From NCBI GenBank assembly GCA_973895155.1, contig OZ316893.1:5904171-5968170 (forward strand): a DNA stretch of 64,000 bases. Direction: 5' to 3'. Source of the DNA: Marsupella aquatica (taxonomy: Eukaryota > Plantae > Marchantiophyta). This document shows positions 25,677 to 38,692 of this stretch, piece after piece. The first letter of the stretch is position 1. Every line of letters begins with the position of its first letter. The position numbers and the translations under genes are program-made. The notes under the pieces are model-generated. The model ran no database searches. It was given only the letters and a program-made list of their open reading frames with translations, and had not been told where the DNA came from.

Positions 25677-28600
25677 TGTAGTTTGCTATGAAGAACCAAA
25701 AACACACTTAAAGGTCTTCAAACTCGGTATTCGTTCCCGTAAGGAACAAGATGGGGTTGGTTTGATAGATTTAAACAATAATAAAGAACTAAAAATGTTT
25801 TTCACACATAGTAATCAAGTTTGATTACTTCACTAAGGTATTTTGAAGATCGCTCCACAGCGGTGAGTAGTTTTCAATGATAACTCAGCATCAGGTAACC
25901 ATAAATTAATGAAAAGGAAATGATTAACAAAACACAAGAGAAAATAATCTCAAAGTACGCTAAGGGAGTTTGGAATAGACCAAGGTTACTCCTTAGACAT
26001 AAGTCAAAATGAAAAGACTTAAGGATACAAATCCATATTGTTTTTCAGATCTAAACTGTTTACTAGAGTACCTTTTAAAATGCCGTCAACATGTCTTATC
26101 CTTTCTTTCTAAGTGGTACTCAGATAAGATCTAAAAGGTAGCTACTTCAACATTTAGATGGTACTAAGCAACATGAAAGAAAATCCATCAATTTCAAATA
26201 AGACTTAAACTCAGTGAGTTAACTTCAAGAACTCAAGAGATTGTAATGAATCACCAAAAAGGAATCTATCATTACAACTCAAAAGATTTGCACAAAAGGA
26301 ATTTTACTTCCTATGATTTATTCAAAGGATTAAACCACAAGAAGGAGGAAAAGTCTTCTCCTGGTGTCAAGCTTGATCTCAAACTCTTAACATTCATGAT
26401 CAACTGGCAGAACACCAAGGAAAGGCAAAAATTGCTAGACTTTACCATAAACTACACTAGTGGTGGAGGGGTCTTATAGTAAAAATCTACAGAGTAAGAG
26501 GTCATAGGGTCGAAGAGACATGCCTCTTCATACTCCTCAAAAAGTCAAAATAGCAATTCAGTAAGTGAAAAGCTCGGAAATGGCTAAGTAAGAACCCGTA
26601 AACCCTTAAAAGCGTAAAAGCGTAAAAACGTATAAGCGTAAAAGCGTAAAGGCGTAATCCGGTAAATGCGGTAGACTTAAAGACTTAGCAAATTCAACTA
26701 TTTTTAACTTTCTACTCCTGGCTCGGAAAATTCTGAAATTTTGCCAGCAGGTTTTCCTAGGTACAGACTTCCTATTGAAGAAGTCTCATAGCTTTTAAAG
26801 CTCTATAACACATTTTGAAAAATAGGGAAAAATGCACTATTCTTAAAACTTAACTAAAAAGACTTAGACTACTCCTCAAGCTTGTTGTCGGATGTCTTCT
26901 GGTTCGAGTAGCTCCACGAGGGTAACAGTCCGAGCTTGAGTAACTTCCATCAGCTCAGCCTGGCATGGGGATCCTTGAGAGTAGGGTAGGCATCTCAATT
27001 GCCTTTCAGGATACATCAGGGGCATTCTTCTCCTTAGATAACATATGTCTATTCGAAGAGCTTCTCTATATATCCCAATCACGTCATAATTATTGCAAGT
27101 AGCAGCATATACTTGGGGATAATGGTATAGAAATTCATCAGAGTTCAGCATCCTGGAATAGAAAGGGTGAAGCCTCCATTTGACATCTCTGAAATACCGG
27201 TTGAAGTTGGCCAGAGTTTGAGAGGTGACATTGTTCCAGATCCTCTGTTTCTTAGCAAATGAGCTGGTTGAAACAAGGGTAACCTTGGGCTCTCGAGGAA
27301 GGTAAGCGTTCTTGGGAGAAGTAGATTTCTTACTCTGCATGAGAAAAGAAACCACAAAATCTAGGGCATAAGCTGCCAAATTTCCAAAATATGCCAGAAC
27401 TAAATCCTCCACCTCCACCTCCACATCTCCTTGAAGTAGCATCACAGCAAGAATGGGTCGGAAATAGAGAGAGTCAGTCCAGAACTCATCGAATTGTGCC
27501 ATCTCCAGTCTGGAAGTTCCAAAACACCTGAGGTCGAAGATATAACTGGCTTCTGTCTTCTTGAGATAGTAGTATTTCCAGAACTCTCCAACCGGTGGTC
27601 TATTGGCTTGCATTATCTTACAGGTCTCCACATACCTGTGCACTTGGGACTCTGGATGTCTCGGGTATCTACTCTCGATGGTGGCATTCCGAGGTGTCTG
27701 AGTAGATGAGGTGACAATTGCTACTAAGTTTGGATTGGATCTTAAGGCAATATCAACATCTTCAAATCCCTGCCTTGGGGATGACTCAAGAGAATTATCA
27801 TAAGATCTATAAGTTTCACCATCTGAGGGTGGATCAGAGTCTTCAGGTAGATCTTCTCTATCATAAGGGTGGTCATATTGTGACCGATTGTAGGTGGGTC
27901 CTTCTGTGGGTTCGTAGTTGGAATCAAGGCTGTAAGGTTGCGAACCTGGGCTAGGAGTAGGACTAGCAGTTGGACATTGTTGGATCAAGTTGCGGACCAC
28001 AGATGCTATCTGTCGAGGGTCACACTGTGGTATTTCTAACAAGTCATCCACAATGGCCACACAACTGGTACTATCTGCTTGTGGAACAGATTCACTTGTT
28101 TCTAGGGGAGGGGGCTGTATAGTGACAGGAGTGCAGATCACAAACTCCATTGGTGCTGGTTCTCTTGGGGAAGAGGTCATTCTGACAGGACTTAGCTGGT
28201 CATGAAATGGTGATCTCAAACTAACAGCCTCCATTCTCAAATTATTAACAGCATCATATAGTCCATCATCACTGCAACTGAGGAGAGATGTCAACTTATC
28301 AATAAGCTGCTGATTCAACTCTGCCTTCGAAGGAGTGGACCTGGTGGTCTGATGGGGAGTAGCATCAGTTGGTGTAGCAACATTGTCTTGTTGATGAATG
28401 CTCCTTACTTCTTCAGCTTCTAGTGGATCTGCATCCATAGTCCGGCTAGGGAAATTCTCATTACTTATTGGATGACAAACAACTTCCCTGTTATGCATAG
28501 GAGAATGTGTAGGAACTTCTAATGAAGCATCCTCCATAGGAACATCAGCATTCTCCTCAACGTTCTGATCATTCGAATTCAAAGGGGTGACATGTACAAT

Positions 28601-29704
28601 GTCATCCATAGGAATTTCTTCTTCAATACCCAGGTCAATTAGGAGTAACCCCCTCTCTGTCTCTTCCTCCAGATATAAACAGTCATGGGTATAATAGAGC
28701 TGAGAGAGATAATTCTGTAAGCAAGTGGTCCTCCCCGCTTCCAAGCTCTTTACTTGATCCTTCATTACATTAAACATAAGTAGGGCCCAATTTACTTTTA
28801 TAGCTCCACTGTGAGCAGCTACAATGGTGTTAGCCAAGGCCATAGGACAGAGAGTTGGCTTTTTCGGATGAAGAATGGGTACCAGGAATTCCATGAGCAC
28901 TCTCAATTCAGGATAAGTACACTGGGACAAGTTCCAGCCATTTTTGAGATTTCGAGTTCCTGAAAAGTATGGAGTAGATAAGTCCTGCTTCTTGGAATAT
29001 AACGCCTCTCCTTCTGACGGGCATCCAAAGGCGTAAGCAATTTGCTCAACAGTCCACAGGCTGGGGCAAGCTCGAATCGTTCACCTGAATTCAATTGGAA
29101 TGATAGTCCCCTTTACAAAATCCTGTAAGTATGAGTCGAGCTCGATATTCCAGGGAATCTTGAGTAAGCGTTCCAATCATAAGTGCTGTAAAGAGTCTTG
29201 TAAATTAGAAAGACTATCAGGCGCTCGTGGTATACGAGCTGCCACTACTTTTGAGACTGCTGGAGCTTTAATTTGATACTGTTTCTCAGCACCCAGGTTC
29301 GCCATAGCTGCGACGGTGATTTGCGTGCTGCAAAGGTTGCTTTTGAACAGAAAGAGCTAGTGAATAGGGGTGGTGAAAATACAGGAGTGAGCGCCTGAAC
29401 TCTCTGCTTGATTCCTATCAAGGTATGAAGTCCCCAATCCGTTTCTAAGTCCCGTTGCGAAGTTAGCCGTAGCGCCGTAACGTACACTTTCCTTAAACGC
29501 ATAAGGTGTAGGCCGTAACCCCGTATCGGCGTAAACCCATAAACCCGTAAACCCATAACGCTTATACGCGTAAATGCGTAATTCCGTTATAAAGTATACC
29601 CGTAGTTTACACTTGGCATTTTAACAGCAACAGCAGGCTTAAACACTGTAAAAAGTTTAAATTTTTCAGTAATTTCAGGTTTTGGGTATTACCCAATACT
29701 CACA
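25677..29704 (-). mobile_element. 4.0-kb TG...CA element (giant solo-LTR-like) with internal ORF
   Basis: Termini TGTAG...CTCACA; exact 5-bp TSD CAACG (25672-25676, 29705-29709); removal restores a satellite unit; no gag/pol and no internal LTR pair. Confidence 0.9.
26876..29305 (-). pseudogene. LTR-borne protein family ORF (684-aa open part 26876-28930, N-terminus disrupted)
   Basis: LERLLKIPW ... NGWNLSQCTYPELRVLMEFLVPILHPKKPT..VNWALL..YLSQLY; homologous to 48672-50332. Confidence 0.75.
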
Positions 29705-30595
29705 CAACGTCCACATTGTATACATGAAAAAGGGTTTTATGTGTTCAAATTCCGTAGGTTTTGTCCATTTGGGCAGGCTTCGGCGGAGGCCGTGTTCGTA
29801 AAGTCGGAGGGGAGGGACAATTGTTATTCCAAGTGTGAAATCGGAATACAACGTCCACATTGTATACATGAAAAAGGGTTTTCTGTGTTCAAATTCTGCA
29901 GGTTTTGTCCATTTGGGCAGGCTTCGGCGGAGGCCGTGTTCGTAAAGTCGGAGGGGAGGGACAATTGTTTTTCCAAGTGTGAAATCGGAATACAACGTCC
30001 ACATTGTATACATGAAAAAGGGTTTTCTTTGTTCAAATTCCGCAGGTTTTGTCCATTTGGGTAGGCTTCGGCGGAGGCCGTGTTCGTAAAGTCGGAGGGG
30101 AGGGATAATTGTTTTTCCAAGTGTGAAATTGGAATACAACGTCCACATTGTATACATGAAAAAGGGTTTTCTTTGTTCAAATTCCGTAGGTTTTGTCCAT
30201 TTGGGCAGGCTTCGGCGGAGGCCGTGTTCGTAAAGTCAGAGGGGAGGGACAATTGTTTTTCCAATTGTGAAATCGGAATACAACGTCCACATTGTATACA
30301 TGAAAAAGGGTTTTTGTGTTCAAATTTTGTAGGTTTTGTCCATTTGGGCAGGCTTCGGCGGAGGCCGTGTTCATAAAGTCGGAGGGGAGGGACAATATTT
30401 TTTTCCAAGTGTGAAATCTGAATACAATGTCCAAAGTGTATACATGAAAAAGGTATTTCTATGTTGAAACTCCATAGGTTTTGTCCATTTGGGTAGGCTT
30501 CAGCGGAGGGCATGTTTGTAAAGTCGGAGGGACAATTTTTTTTCCAAGTGTGAAATCTGAATACAACGTCCAAATCGTATACATGAAAAAGGGTC
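29705..30595. repeat. 144-bp tandem array, right part (~6 units)
   Basis: Unit starts at 29828, 29972, 30116, 30260, 30404 and 30543. Confidence 0.95.
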
Positions 30596-30689
30596 CCTGT
30601 CATTGCAAACTAAGGTGATTGCATGTTTAAATCAAATAAGTACACATAGAATACATTTTTACCACTGGAATGTTCCTCCTTGGCCTATT

Positions 30690-32900
30690 GAAAACACGCT
30701 TACCTCAGGCGCGGGCTTCTGTGGTTGTACAGATTTCTTGGTTCTCTTTGATTTCCTCTTAGATTGTTCAGGTGTAGGTCCCTCATGGGATTCAGAAACC
30801 TAAAATGCAGTACTCCGAGTACAAGCACATTCAAACAGTAAGTATACATTAACATCATGGTATACAACATAACCTTGGTGTCCTACTCTTGAACTTGTAG
30901 TGTTGATAAAATAGGAAACGTTCTCCACACTATTTACAGATGTTGCAAAGAACTTTCATCTGTAAACGTTACCTGGTCAGCTTGCTGAGAATCTACGGGA
31001 AGGGTGGTGTTGCCGTTCGGAGGTGGCTCTACATATTGTTCGGGTGTAGGTCCTTCATGGGATTCAGGAACCTAAAATGCAGTACTCGGAGTACAGGCAC
31101 ATTCAAACAGTAAGTATACATTAACATCATGGTATACAACATAACATTGGTGTCCTACTCTTGAACTTGCAGTGCTGATAAAACAGGAAACGTTCTCCAC
31201 ACTATTTACAGATGTTGCAAAGAACTTTCATCTGTAAACGTTACCTAGCTGGTCAGCTTGCTGAGAATCTACGGGAAGGGTGGTGTTGCCGTTTGGTGGT
31301 GGCTCTACAGATTTCTTGGTTCTTTTTTTTCCGCTTTGATTGGTTGGCTTCGGCTCCTTTGTTGGGAGGAACCTGAAAAAGCAATACTCTGGCTAAGAAC
31401 ACTAAACCATCGTGCATACACTTGTGCATACATTGATATCATGGTATACAAATGGGATACTTACATTGGAAGTGCAAATTTTACCTCATCGGCTTCCTGA
31501 GTGTCAACAGGAAACGTAATTTTCTGTGGAGGCTGCTTCTTGGGTTTGTTTGGCTTTCTGCATGGCTTTCCTTTCTTCCTTGATTCTTTGGCTTCAGCTT
31601 CGTCATTCAAAGGAACCTGAAGTTTTGTAGACATTCCGGTCAATGTTGTCAAACTTTGCAGATTCAAAACAAATCATTGGCAGAAGGGGAAGAGGAACTA
31701 TACCTCTGCTGCGTCTTCTTCATCAGAGGACTCATGATAATCTAATCCCCACTTGTCAGGGGTGGGCTCGTACCTCTCCTCATCTGAGGTATCAACCCAC
31801 ACTTCGTGAACTCCAGCCTGCAATATGAAAACTGGTGTAAACATTGTGCGCGAAGTATACACAATGTCAATGCAAAGGCAAGTAAAATGATTGTGTTACG
31901 TACCGCTGCCTCTGCTTCTTCTTGTGACATGCCATCACCTGTGTAATCTTTCACACAATTCTGACCGGCTGTGGCAATTGACAGATGCTTCTGCTCCTTT
32001 TTCCACTTCACATAGTCTGGATAGGCATGGTCAAAATTGATTTCTTTTGCTCCAACTTTCCACAACAGACTTTCCCTTTTCTTCCTCAAAAACTCCAAGG
32101 AGTCTGCAACAATGAGTTCTCTACTCTCCTCACCTGCTGAAGGTTGGACAGACTGGGCAGGGACATCTCTCAGCGGAAAAAGTACCTGTAATAGTCGACA
32201 ATCAACCTGCAAAGCATGCAACTTTCAATCCACAGGCAACTGAGCAGGCAATTGCTGCACATGCTCGACCCAGTGATACACAACATTGGTGATAGGAGCA
32301 GAGCTGACATGCTCCTGCAACATCTCAAAGAAACTGTCGTCTACCAAGTAGCCCCAGCCACTCTTCTCCTTTGGACGAATGTGGTAGACCTTAATGAGAT
32401 GAACAAGCACCGATTTTGATGGAACCGATGGCTCCCTCTTCCCCAGAACTGAAATGCAATAGTCCACCTTCAGTTGATTCTTTTTGCGCTGCTTCATCAT
32501 TTGCCATCTTAGCTTGGCAGTCGACCGCAATCGAATCCATGACGCACCTTCCGTCTTCTTACCACTGCTGTTGCTGCATTTCCGTGGTTTCTTGGCGGGA
32601 TGAGAGGTGTTGAGTTTTGAACTCAACCAAGGCAAGCCTGGCTCCAACAAATCAGCAAGGAGTTTTTGGCCATGCTTGGTGCTCAAGTGAGTCTGAAACG
32701 AGTTGAACGAAGAGAAACCGCGAGGAGCATGACCGGCGCATATACACTTGAATACGTGGTTCCCTTGCTCGCCTACACGGTATCAAAAATGTTGTCCCTC
32801 CTTTGCCAATGTTAGTTTCTTGGCATGGGGCACCATGACTACCTTGGTTGGGTTCAAAACCCAACCGACCTGCCCAACGTTCACTCCTTGATCTCCCTGA
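30690..32900 (-). pseudogene. Intron-containing gene of unknown function convergent with the MULE transposase (possible second MULE gene), disrupted
   Basis: Minus ORFs 32225-32686, 31742-32221 and 31461-31667 with stops; minus-strand GT..AG introns (plus-strand ttacct ... cct(a/g)aaa); K/E/P-rich C-terminal exons. Confidence 0.45.
30770..31315. repeat. ~270-bp tandem duplication of an intron+exon unit
   Basis: ggtgtaggtcc.tcatgggattcag.aacctaaaatgcagtactc... at ~30771 and ~31043. Confidence 0.9.
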
Positions 32901-32954
32901 ATCGCTTGACACTCACTCCAATCACCCGATAGGCAATCCCAAGTGATTTCATAG

Positions 32955-33205
32955 TCCCCCTTCACCAGCACCAGCTCCCTGAATCGCTCTATACTCACTC
33001 ACTCCTAATCGCGCGCTCCCTTCACCAGCTCCCAATCGATTGCTCCCAATCGCTCCTAATCGCTTGCAATCCCCCTTCACCAGCTCCCAATCGTGCGCCC
33101 GACAGGCAATCCCCCACCAGCTCCCTAAATTGATCGCTCCCAATCGCTCCCAATCGCCCACAATCCCCCTTCACCAGCTCCCAATTGCGCGCCCGACAGG
33201 CAATC
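32955..33205. repeat. Degenerate short repeats (cccttcaccagctcccaatcgc)
   Basis: About 5 copies of the cccttcaccagc / ctcccaatcg motifs. Confidence 0.75.
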
Positions 33206-33936
33206 CCTCCCTAAAACAATCCTCCTCGCTCATCGGCCGCCATCTCTCTAAAATCCTAAATCCTTGCCAAAGATAAGGCATACGCGCAACTGATCATGCA
33301 CCCTAAACCCTAGCAATGAAGTAGCAAAGCAGGCGCAACCTAGACGTGTTACGTGAAATAGAATTCAAAGAATACATAAACCATGTAGTATTCCGTGTTG
33401 TATTCTCAACATACAAAAGAATGTTGCAACGTGTTACATAACAGATAGATCAGAGAATACATAAACAATGTTGTATTCTATTCATACCGCAAGAGAAAAT
33501 ACCCATTACACAATACAGGTTTTCAAAATTATGCAACTGAAGGTCTCCCCCAATACTCATCTGAAATGCGAATTGTTCATCATTGAAGCTACGGAGAATG
33601 CTAAATGACACTAAATCATCTTACCAAACCACCAATCTCTTCAAGAAATAACAAGAATACAACAACCAAAACGTATTCTGCATGACACAACATCCCTATC
33701 ATTTGCCTTTCGAGTCTTCGGCGGATTCGATGGTGGACAAACGAAACTTTGAAATCATTGCTGCAGTCACCTCCAATTGCTGCATAAGGACATCAGCATC
33801 CACAAGATTGCTTCTGCTGATCACTTCTCAACTCTTGTTCTCACAGGGGCACGACTAGGAGGGCATCGCCACATCTCAACAACGAGCTTATTCACAACAG
33901 CAGAGTGTCATTCTACCTTAATCCACACTAGACAGT

Positions 33937-35733
33937 ATGGGATCTGAGAAATTTGCTGGTGCATTGTTTCAAGTTGGCGAATGGTACCATACTCTGCAAA
34001 TTCATCGTCGTTTGTACTGTTCCACCTGCACGATCGTGCAGCGGGAAATCTCGGATTGTGGCTCAATCATGTGTAGGGTAGTCCATATGAAGTTAAGCCG
34101 CTCCATACAGGTTAAGTTGGTGCATGCCCCCTGCTTGTATCCGTTGTCCGTCTTACCCTCGGGTTTGAAATGCCGTGGCGTATACTCCTTATCCCGAATT
34201 CAGATTTCCACCGGCACTGGCCCGGTTGGTAGGCAGAAGATTTGCGTTAACCGATGCTCCGTGAGTGATAAGGCCTGCCCCGAAACCTTGGTGGTCGACG
34301 CGTCAGTGTCAAAATTGGAGATGAACTCACAAATCTCCTTCGGCCCCGCGGCGCACGGCCTCCAAAGCAAGTGAGCGAACTGCTCCAACTGATGCTCCTT
34401 TAGATAGTCCGCATGTTCGAGTTTCTTGATCGCGATCCAGACTACTTTGGGGACGCCGATTACCTGTAATAAGTTGGACTTTGGGTTATCCGGGGGCCGT
34501 CGGGTCTGGTTGGTCGGGGGGTTTATCGGGGCCAGTGCAGGCGCGGCGTTGGTCCGCGTTGTTGATTCGGGGGCCGTCGTAGTCCTTGGCCGCTTACGAG
34601 GACGCTGTTTGAGTTGCGGACTAGCTCACTCGGAACCCGAAGAACACTCTATGTTGATTACTGGACGGACTTGGGACCGGTTTGGCGGTACGCCGGTGGT
34701 CATCAGCTGAGGCACTGGTGGTATCGGGGTAGCCATATCCCAGTTGAAGGCGTTGGAGCTTTCCCCGAGAAACGTAAGATTACGCACCGCTTCCCGTTGT
34801 CTGCTGATGTCTTCCTGGCGCTTTTTGGCTGCGATCTGCTGGTCTAGGTACCCCGGAATCTTGTCGAACTCCGCTTGAGTAAGCCGCTGGCTGCCCTTCA
34901 GCTTAAAGAACTTTGCTGGAACCTCAAGAATCGCCTCAGCTACCGTTCTAAGCCCTTCCTCGCTGAGATATAGTTCGGTGATGTAGTCTCGCAGCTCGTT
35001 GTAGCTGGAATCCCTGGTGATGGCTGTCTTTTCACAATTAACCAGTGCTACCTTGGTTACCAGCTTCGCGTATCTTCGTTCGTAAGCGGCTTTCTCGGGA
35101 CAAGAGTACCAGTAAGTCTCGGAGAACTTAGCACCTACCTCGCCAAACAAGGTCCAAAATCCCAAGGCTGTGAGGGTCATACTAACCTCGTAGTCTGGTT
35201 CGTTGAGTCCACGTTCCCACCCGGCTGGTCTTTTTCCTCGTGGAGGCCTCGATCGTCCTGACTAAATCTCGCCACATTCCGCTCCTCTCCCTCGATAATC
35301 TCCTTGTAAGGGTTGACTTGATTCGATCAGAAAGGCGAGTGGATGGCAACGTCCGCGAATTCCAAAAAGGTAGACATGAGCAAATGGCCCGCAGCGCCAT
35401 CGGCTCCTCTCTTATGGAGGTGCCAGGATGAGCCCGAGCGTGAGAAGGCTAGGCCGTTTTGGTCATTGATAATGAGCTGAAGTCGGTGCCTCTGTCCAAG
35501 CGGGATTCTTCTAACTGATTTTTACTCCGCTACCGCCACCGTACCTCGGTCGCACGTAATAATCCCTTTCCTGAACTCGTAATTATTCGGTCATCTTAAC
35601 CTACTCCTAATCTAATCATAATGGCAACCGACGGCTATACGTGCTATTCTACGCTATGGCTACGGCCCTAATGCCCGTATAAGGCCTAATCTATGACCTA
35701 GGTTCGGTTAAGTGACACGTTACCCGTGTCACA
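33937..35733 (-). mobile_element. Truncated member of the ORF-bearing LTR-like family
   Basis: Terminus ...CGTGTCACA at 35733 (rc TGTGACACG) cuts the PHD ORF. Minus ORFs FWTLF..TY..EKAAYER..EAIL..LKGS and EFISNF..KVSG..LTQIFCLPTG..NGYKQGACTN..LNFIW are homologous to 6441-7851. Left end not defined. Confidence 0.7.
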
Positions 35734-35976
35734 CCAATCATGCCCTCTAGAAATGGCAACGGGTGTGCACTCAGGCCCATGGCCATCAGGCTCCTGAGGA
35801 GCTTGCTGGCCATGAACTAAGTAATGGAAATGACGACTGCAAGGCCCATCGCAGAACAAAACAGTACCTCCCTCATCACATTCAAAACAACAAGGGGGAT
35901 CCAAGCGAAGGTGTTCTTTATGGGCAAACTTTGGATCCAGCCAGGCAGCAGCAGCTCGTGCCATGCCCGATGTCAT
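35734..35976 (-). pseudogene. PHD-type zinc finger exon (EDM2/NSD-like), truncated by the adjacent insertion
   Basis: CCFECDEGGTVLFCDGPCSRHFH..C..WC fits the CxxCxxGGxLxxCDGxCxRxFH pattern. Confidence 0.65.
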
Positions 35977-38539
35977 GCATGGATCTGCACAATTACCTTG
36001 AATATTACAAGAAGTGTATGGAGAAGGGCAACCGACAAGTACAAAGATGGTATGTGGACATAGTGTACTTACCGTAAGAGGTCTTAGTACAAATCAGGAG
36101 ATGTCCTACCCACCTCGATCTCACGGAGTACAAGCAATGTCAAAAATAACTTGGCTTTTGCTTAAGGGTGCTCTGCACAGAGAGCAAGCAGTTCAGGGTT
36201 TAGTGTCAGGCAGACTTGGAAAAAACGTTCAGAAGAGTCAAAGAGAAGTTTATTAAAAAAGGCAACCACTGTGAAGACCATAGAGCACACAAATTAAATA
36301 TTGTTCATTGAAATTGTACTCATTCAATACTTGTTGGAGCAGGTAGAATTCAGTAGCGACTGGGGATAGTATAGACAGGGCTGTCGCTCTTCTTGGGGGG
36401 GGGCTAACTACATCGGATTAAAACCTCTATCCTTTTAAAAACTCATTTAAACATTCACAGGTCTTACTTGCACAAAGAAAGGAACTGGTATATTGGCCAC
36501 TGCACACAAGTCATTATCTGAGTACAGTGGACTGGGCCCCCCTTCACTGAGAAACAAGCTCACCTCCACATCAAGTCACCACTATAGAAAGTCACCACAA
36601 CTCTTAAAATGATGTTCTTTCAAGGATTTAGGGATTTTATTCAGAGTCTCTTGGGGCCGCCTTGTTACTTAGTGAAGAAAAAACAGTCAAGACGACTCAA
36701 TTAAGCATTTTTCTAAATTCAAGAAAAATAAATCTCAACAGCAACCCAATCGATCACAACAACAAACACACAACATGGATGCAAGCAAGCCCACCTCCAC
36801 TGGAGCCTTCTTGTGTAGCAGCACCACCAAACAAGGGTCCAATCTTCCTTAGAATCCCTGGATGCTGCAGCCTGTGGGAATGCAGCTTTAGGGTTATCCA
36901 ATACTAACCGCACCGGTGTAGCAACAAGTCTCTTCAGATATGCAGGTCCAATGTCAGTCCAACACAATCATGTAAGAAATGGAACGTAAAATTTGATGGC
37001 CCAATATCCAGATGGCATGAAAGATGCCTTTGTGACTTATGGCAATTTGCGTAGCTTAAATTCACTAGGATGTTCCACAAAAAATAAGTACCAGCAACAG
37101 GAAGAACACAAAGAATGGGCAACCAATTCAATAGTCCAACAATCTAGACACCTCTGACAGCATCGCAAAAAATTTGTAAGACTGCTCTGTAAGCACAAGA
37201 TACTTACAGATGGCGCAAATTGTAAAACATAGCTCCAATCCTCCTTAGAATCTTTGGATGATGCAGGCAGGAATGCAGCTCCAATGCAGATCCAATCGCA
37301 CCTCAGCAACGACTAGTCTCTTTAGATATGCACGTATGTCCAACACAGGTAAGAAACGAGAATACAGTCAGAAATTATTGCATGCAGGAGGAGTAGGATA
37401 GAACGGGGGATACAAGGAAAAAACAGCTTTTCTTTCCCTAAGCTTGAGGATGCAATCCTCTGGGACTCTCCTTGCTGGTCGTCGCAACTCCAATGCCCAC
37501 CTCCAATCAGCTCCACATTCAATCTATAGTAAATGAGTATACTGCATGACAGAGCACAGTAAGCAGAGTATGAGAAAAGACAAAAATTGAGGTATGGCCA
37601 GACAAAGACAGAAACTGAACAAAAATGAATAGAAAATGAATAGGAATATAGTCAGGAACGCAAACTTCTGGAGAGCAACAGAGAGCATTGAAGAGGAATC
37701 GATCATTAAATTTTTTTAAGACTCAGAGCAATGTTGGTAGAAATAGGAAGCTTGAAATAAGAGACGAGAGTCTGCGGAACACTTGATGTGATGAAGCCGC
37801 TGTGTGTGGCATCAAGCAACTTCAAGGACAGACAAAGCAAAGTAGGCCACAGTCTATTCTAGTGCTTGGGACACACAGGTTATCTCTAATGCATGTCCAC
37901 CTTCATCGCAGCTCGAAGCACAACATCGAAGCACAACATTGCAGCACAGCCAGATACTTACTTGGGGGACGTAGTGCCACATAAATTGGACAGAGAATGC
38001 GCAACTATCCACTGACTCCAATCATCCAGGTCATACCTTTGAGGTGGAAGTCGCAAGAGGTTGCGCTCTGTAGCAGCTTGCGAGCAATGGCGTTGCAGCA
38101 GAGTTGCAGGTTGGAGGCAGCTACAACATTGAAGGTCCTGGGTCTCAACTTGCACATACAGGAGCTTGCGCTCTGTAGATAGTCCGAGGGAGCAACAGTG
38201 TTGCGGAGTCCTTTCTCCACCAAGCTCGCTCTGTAAGCAGCCAACCTTAGTGACAAGAAGCTGCAAGTTTCCACTGAGCAAGCTGAGTTCCACTGAGTTG
38301 GTTCGATCTCAAAAACCTTTGCAGTCAAAATAAGGCAATCCTCCAATGAAGAGCTTGGTCTCAACCTCCAAGCGCAAACCTCCCCATGGTGAAACCCGCA
38401 CCTCCCACACAACAACTCATCACTCTCCCATTTTGCAAGCAGGTTGCCCTCGACGATGGTAGCAGCTGTCGTCCTACCTGCCTCGACCCGGGGCCTCGAC
38501 AATGGCAGTCAAGCGCAGCGGCCCTCCTTCAATGTCTAC

Positions 38540-38692
38540 CCACGAATGCAGCACCAAGGTCGATCGACTCCCCGTAGTTTAGTCCGTCAACTCCCCGCAG
38601 TACCAAGGTCGCACCTTGACTCCCCGCAGCACCAAGGTTGCGCACTCACTCCCCACATCACCAACTGAAGGTCGCACCTCGACTCCCCGCTT
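38540..38692. repeat. Short degenerate tandem repeats (gcagcaccaaggtcgcacctcgactcccc)
   Basis: 4-5 copies of the ccaaggtcgcac...actcccc motif. Confidence 0.7.

Noticed and set aside
29675-30603. Cys-containing repetitive ORFs (CIQCGRC, superficially ferredoxin-like)
   Set aside because: Produced by the 144-bp unit being a multiple of 3; several frames on both strands are open and there is no gene structure
33926-33945. CACTAGACAG as the left TIR partner of the CACTA end at 43809
   Set aside because: The match does not extend past CACTAG and there is no 3-bp TSD agreement
37958-38502. Minus-strand ORFs of 111-165 aa
   Set aside because: No recognisable motif or consistent frame; not callable as a gene
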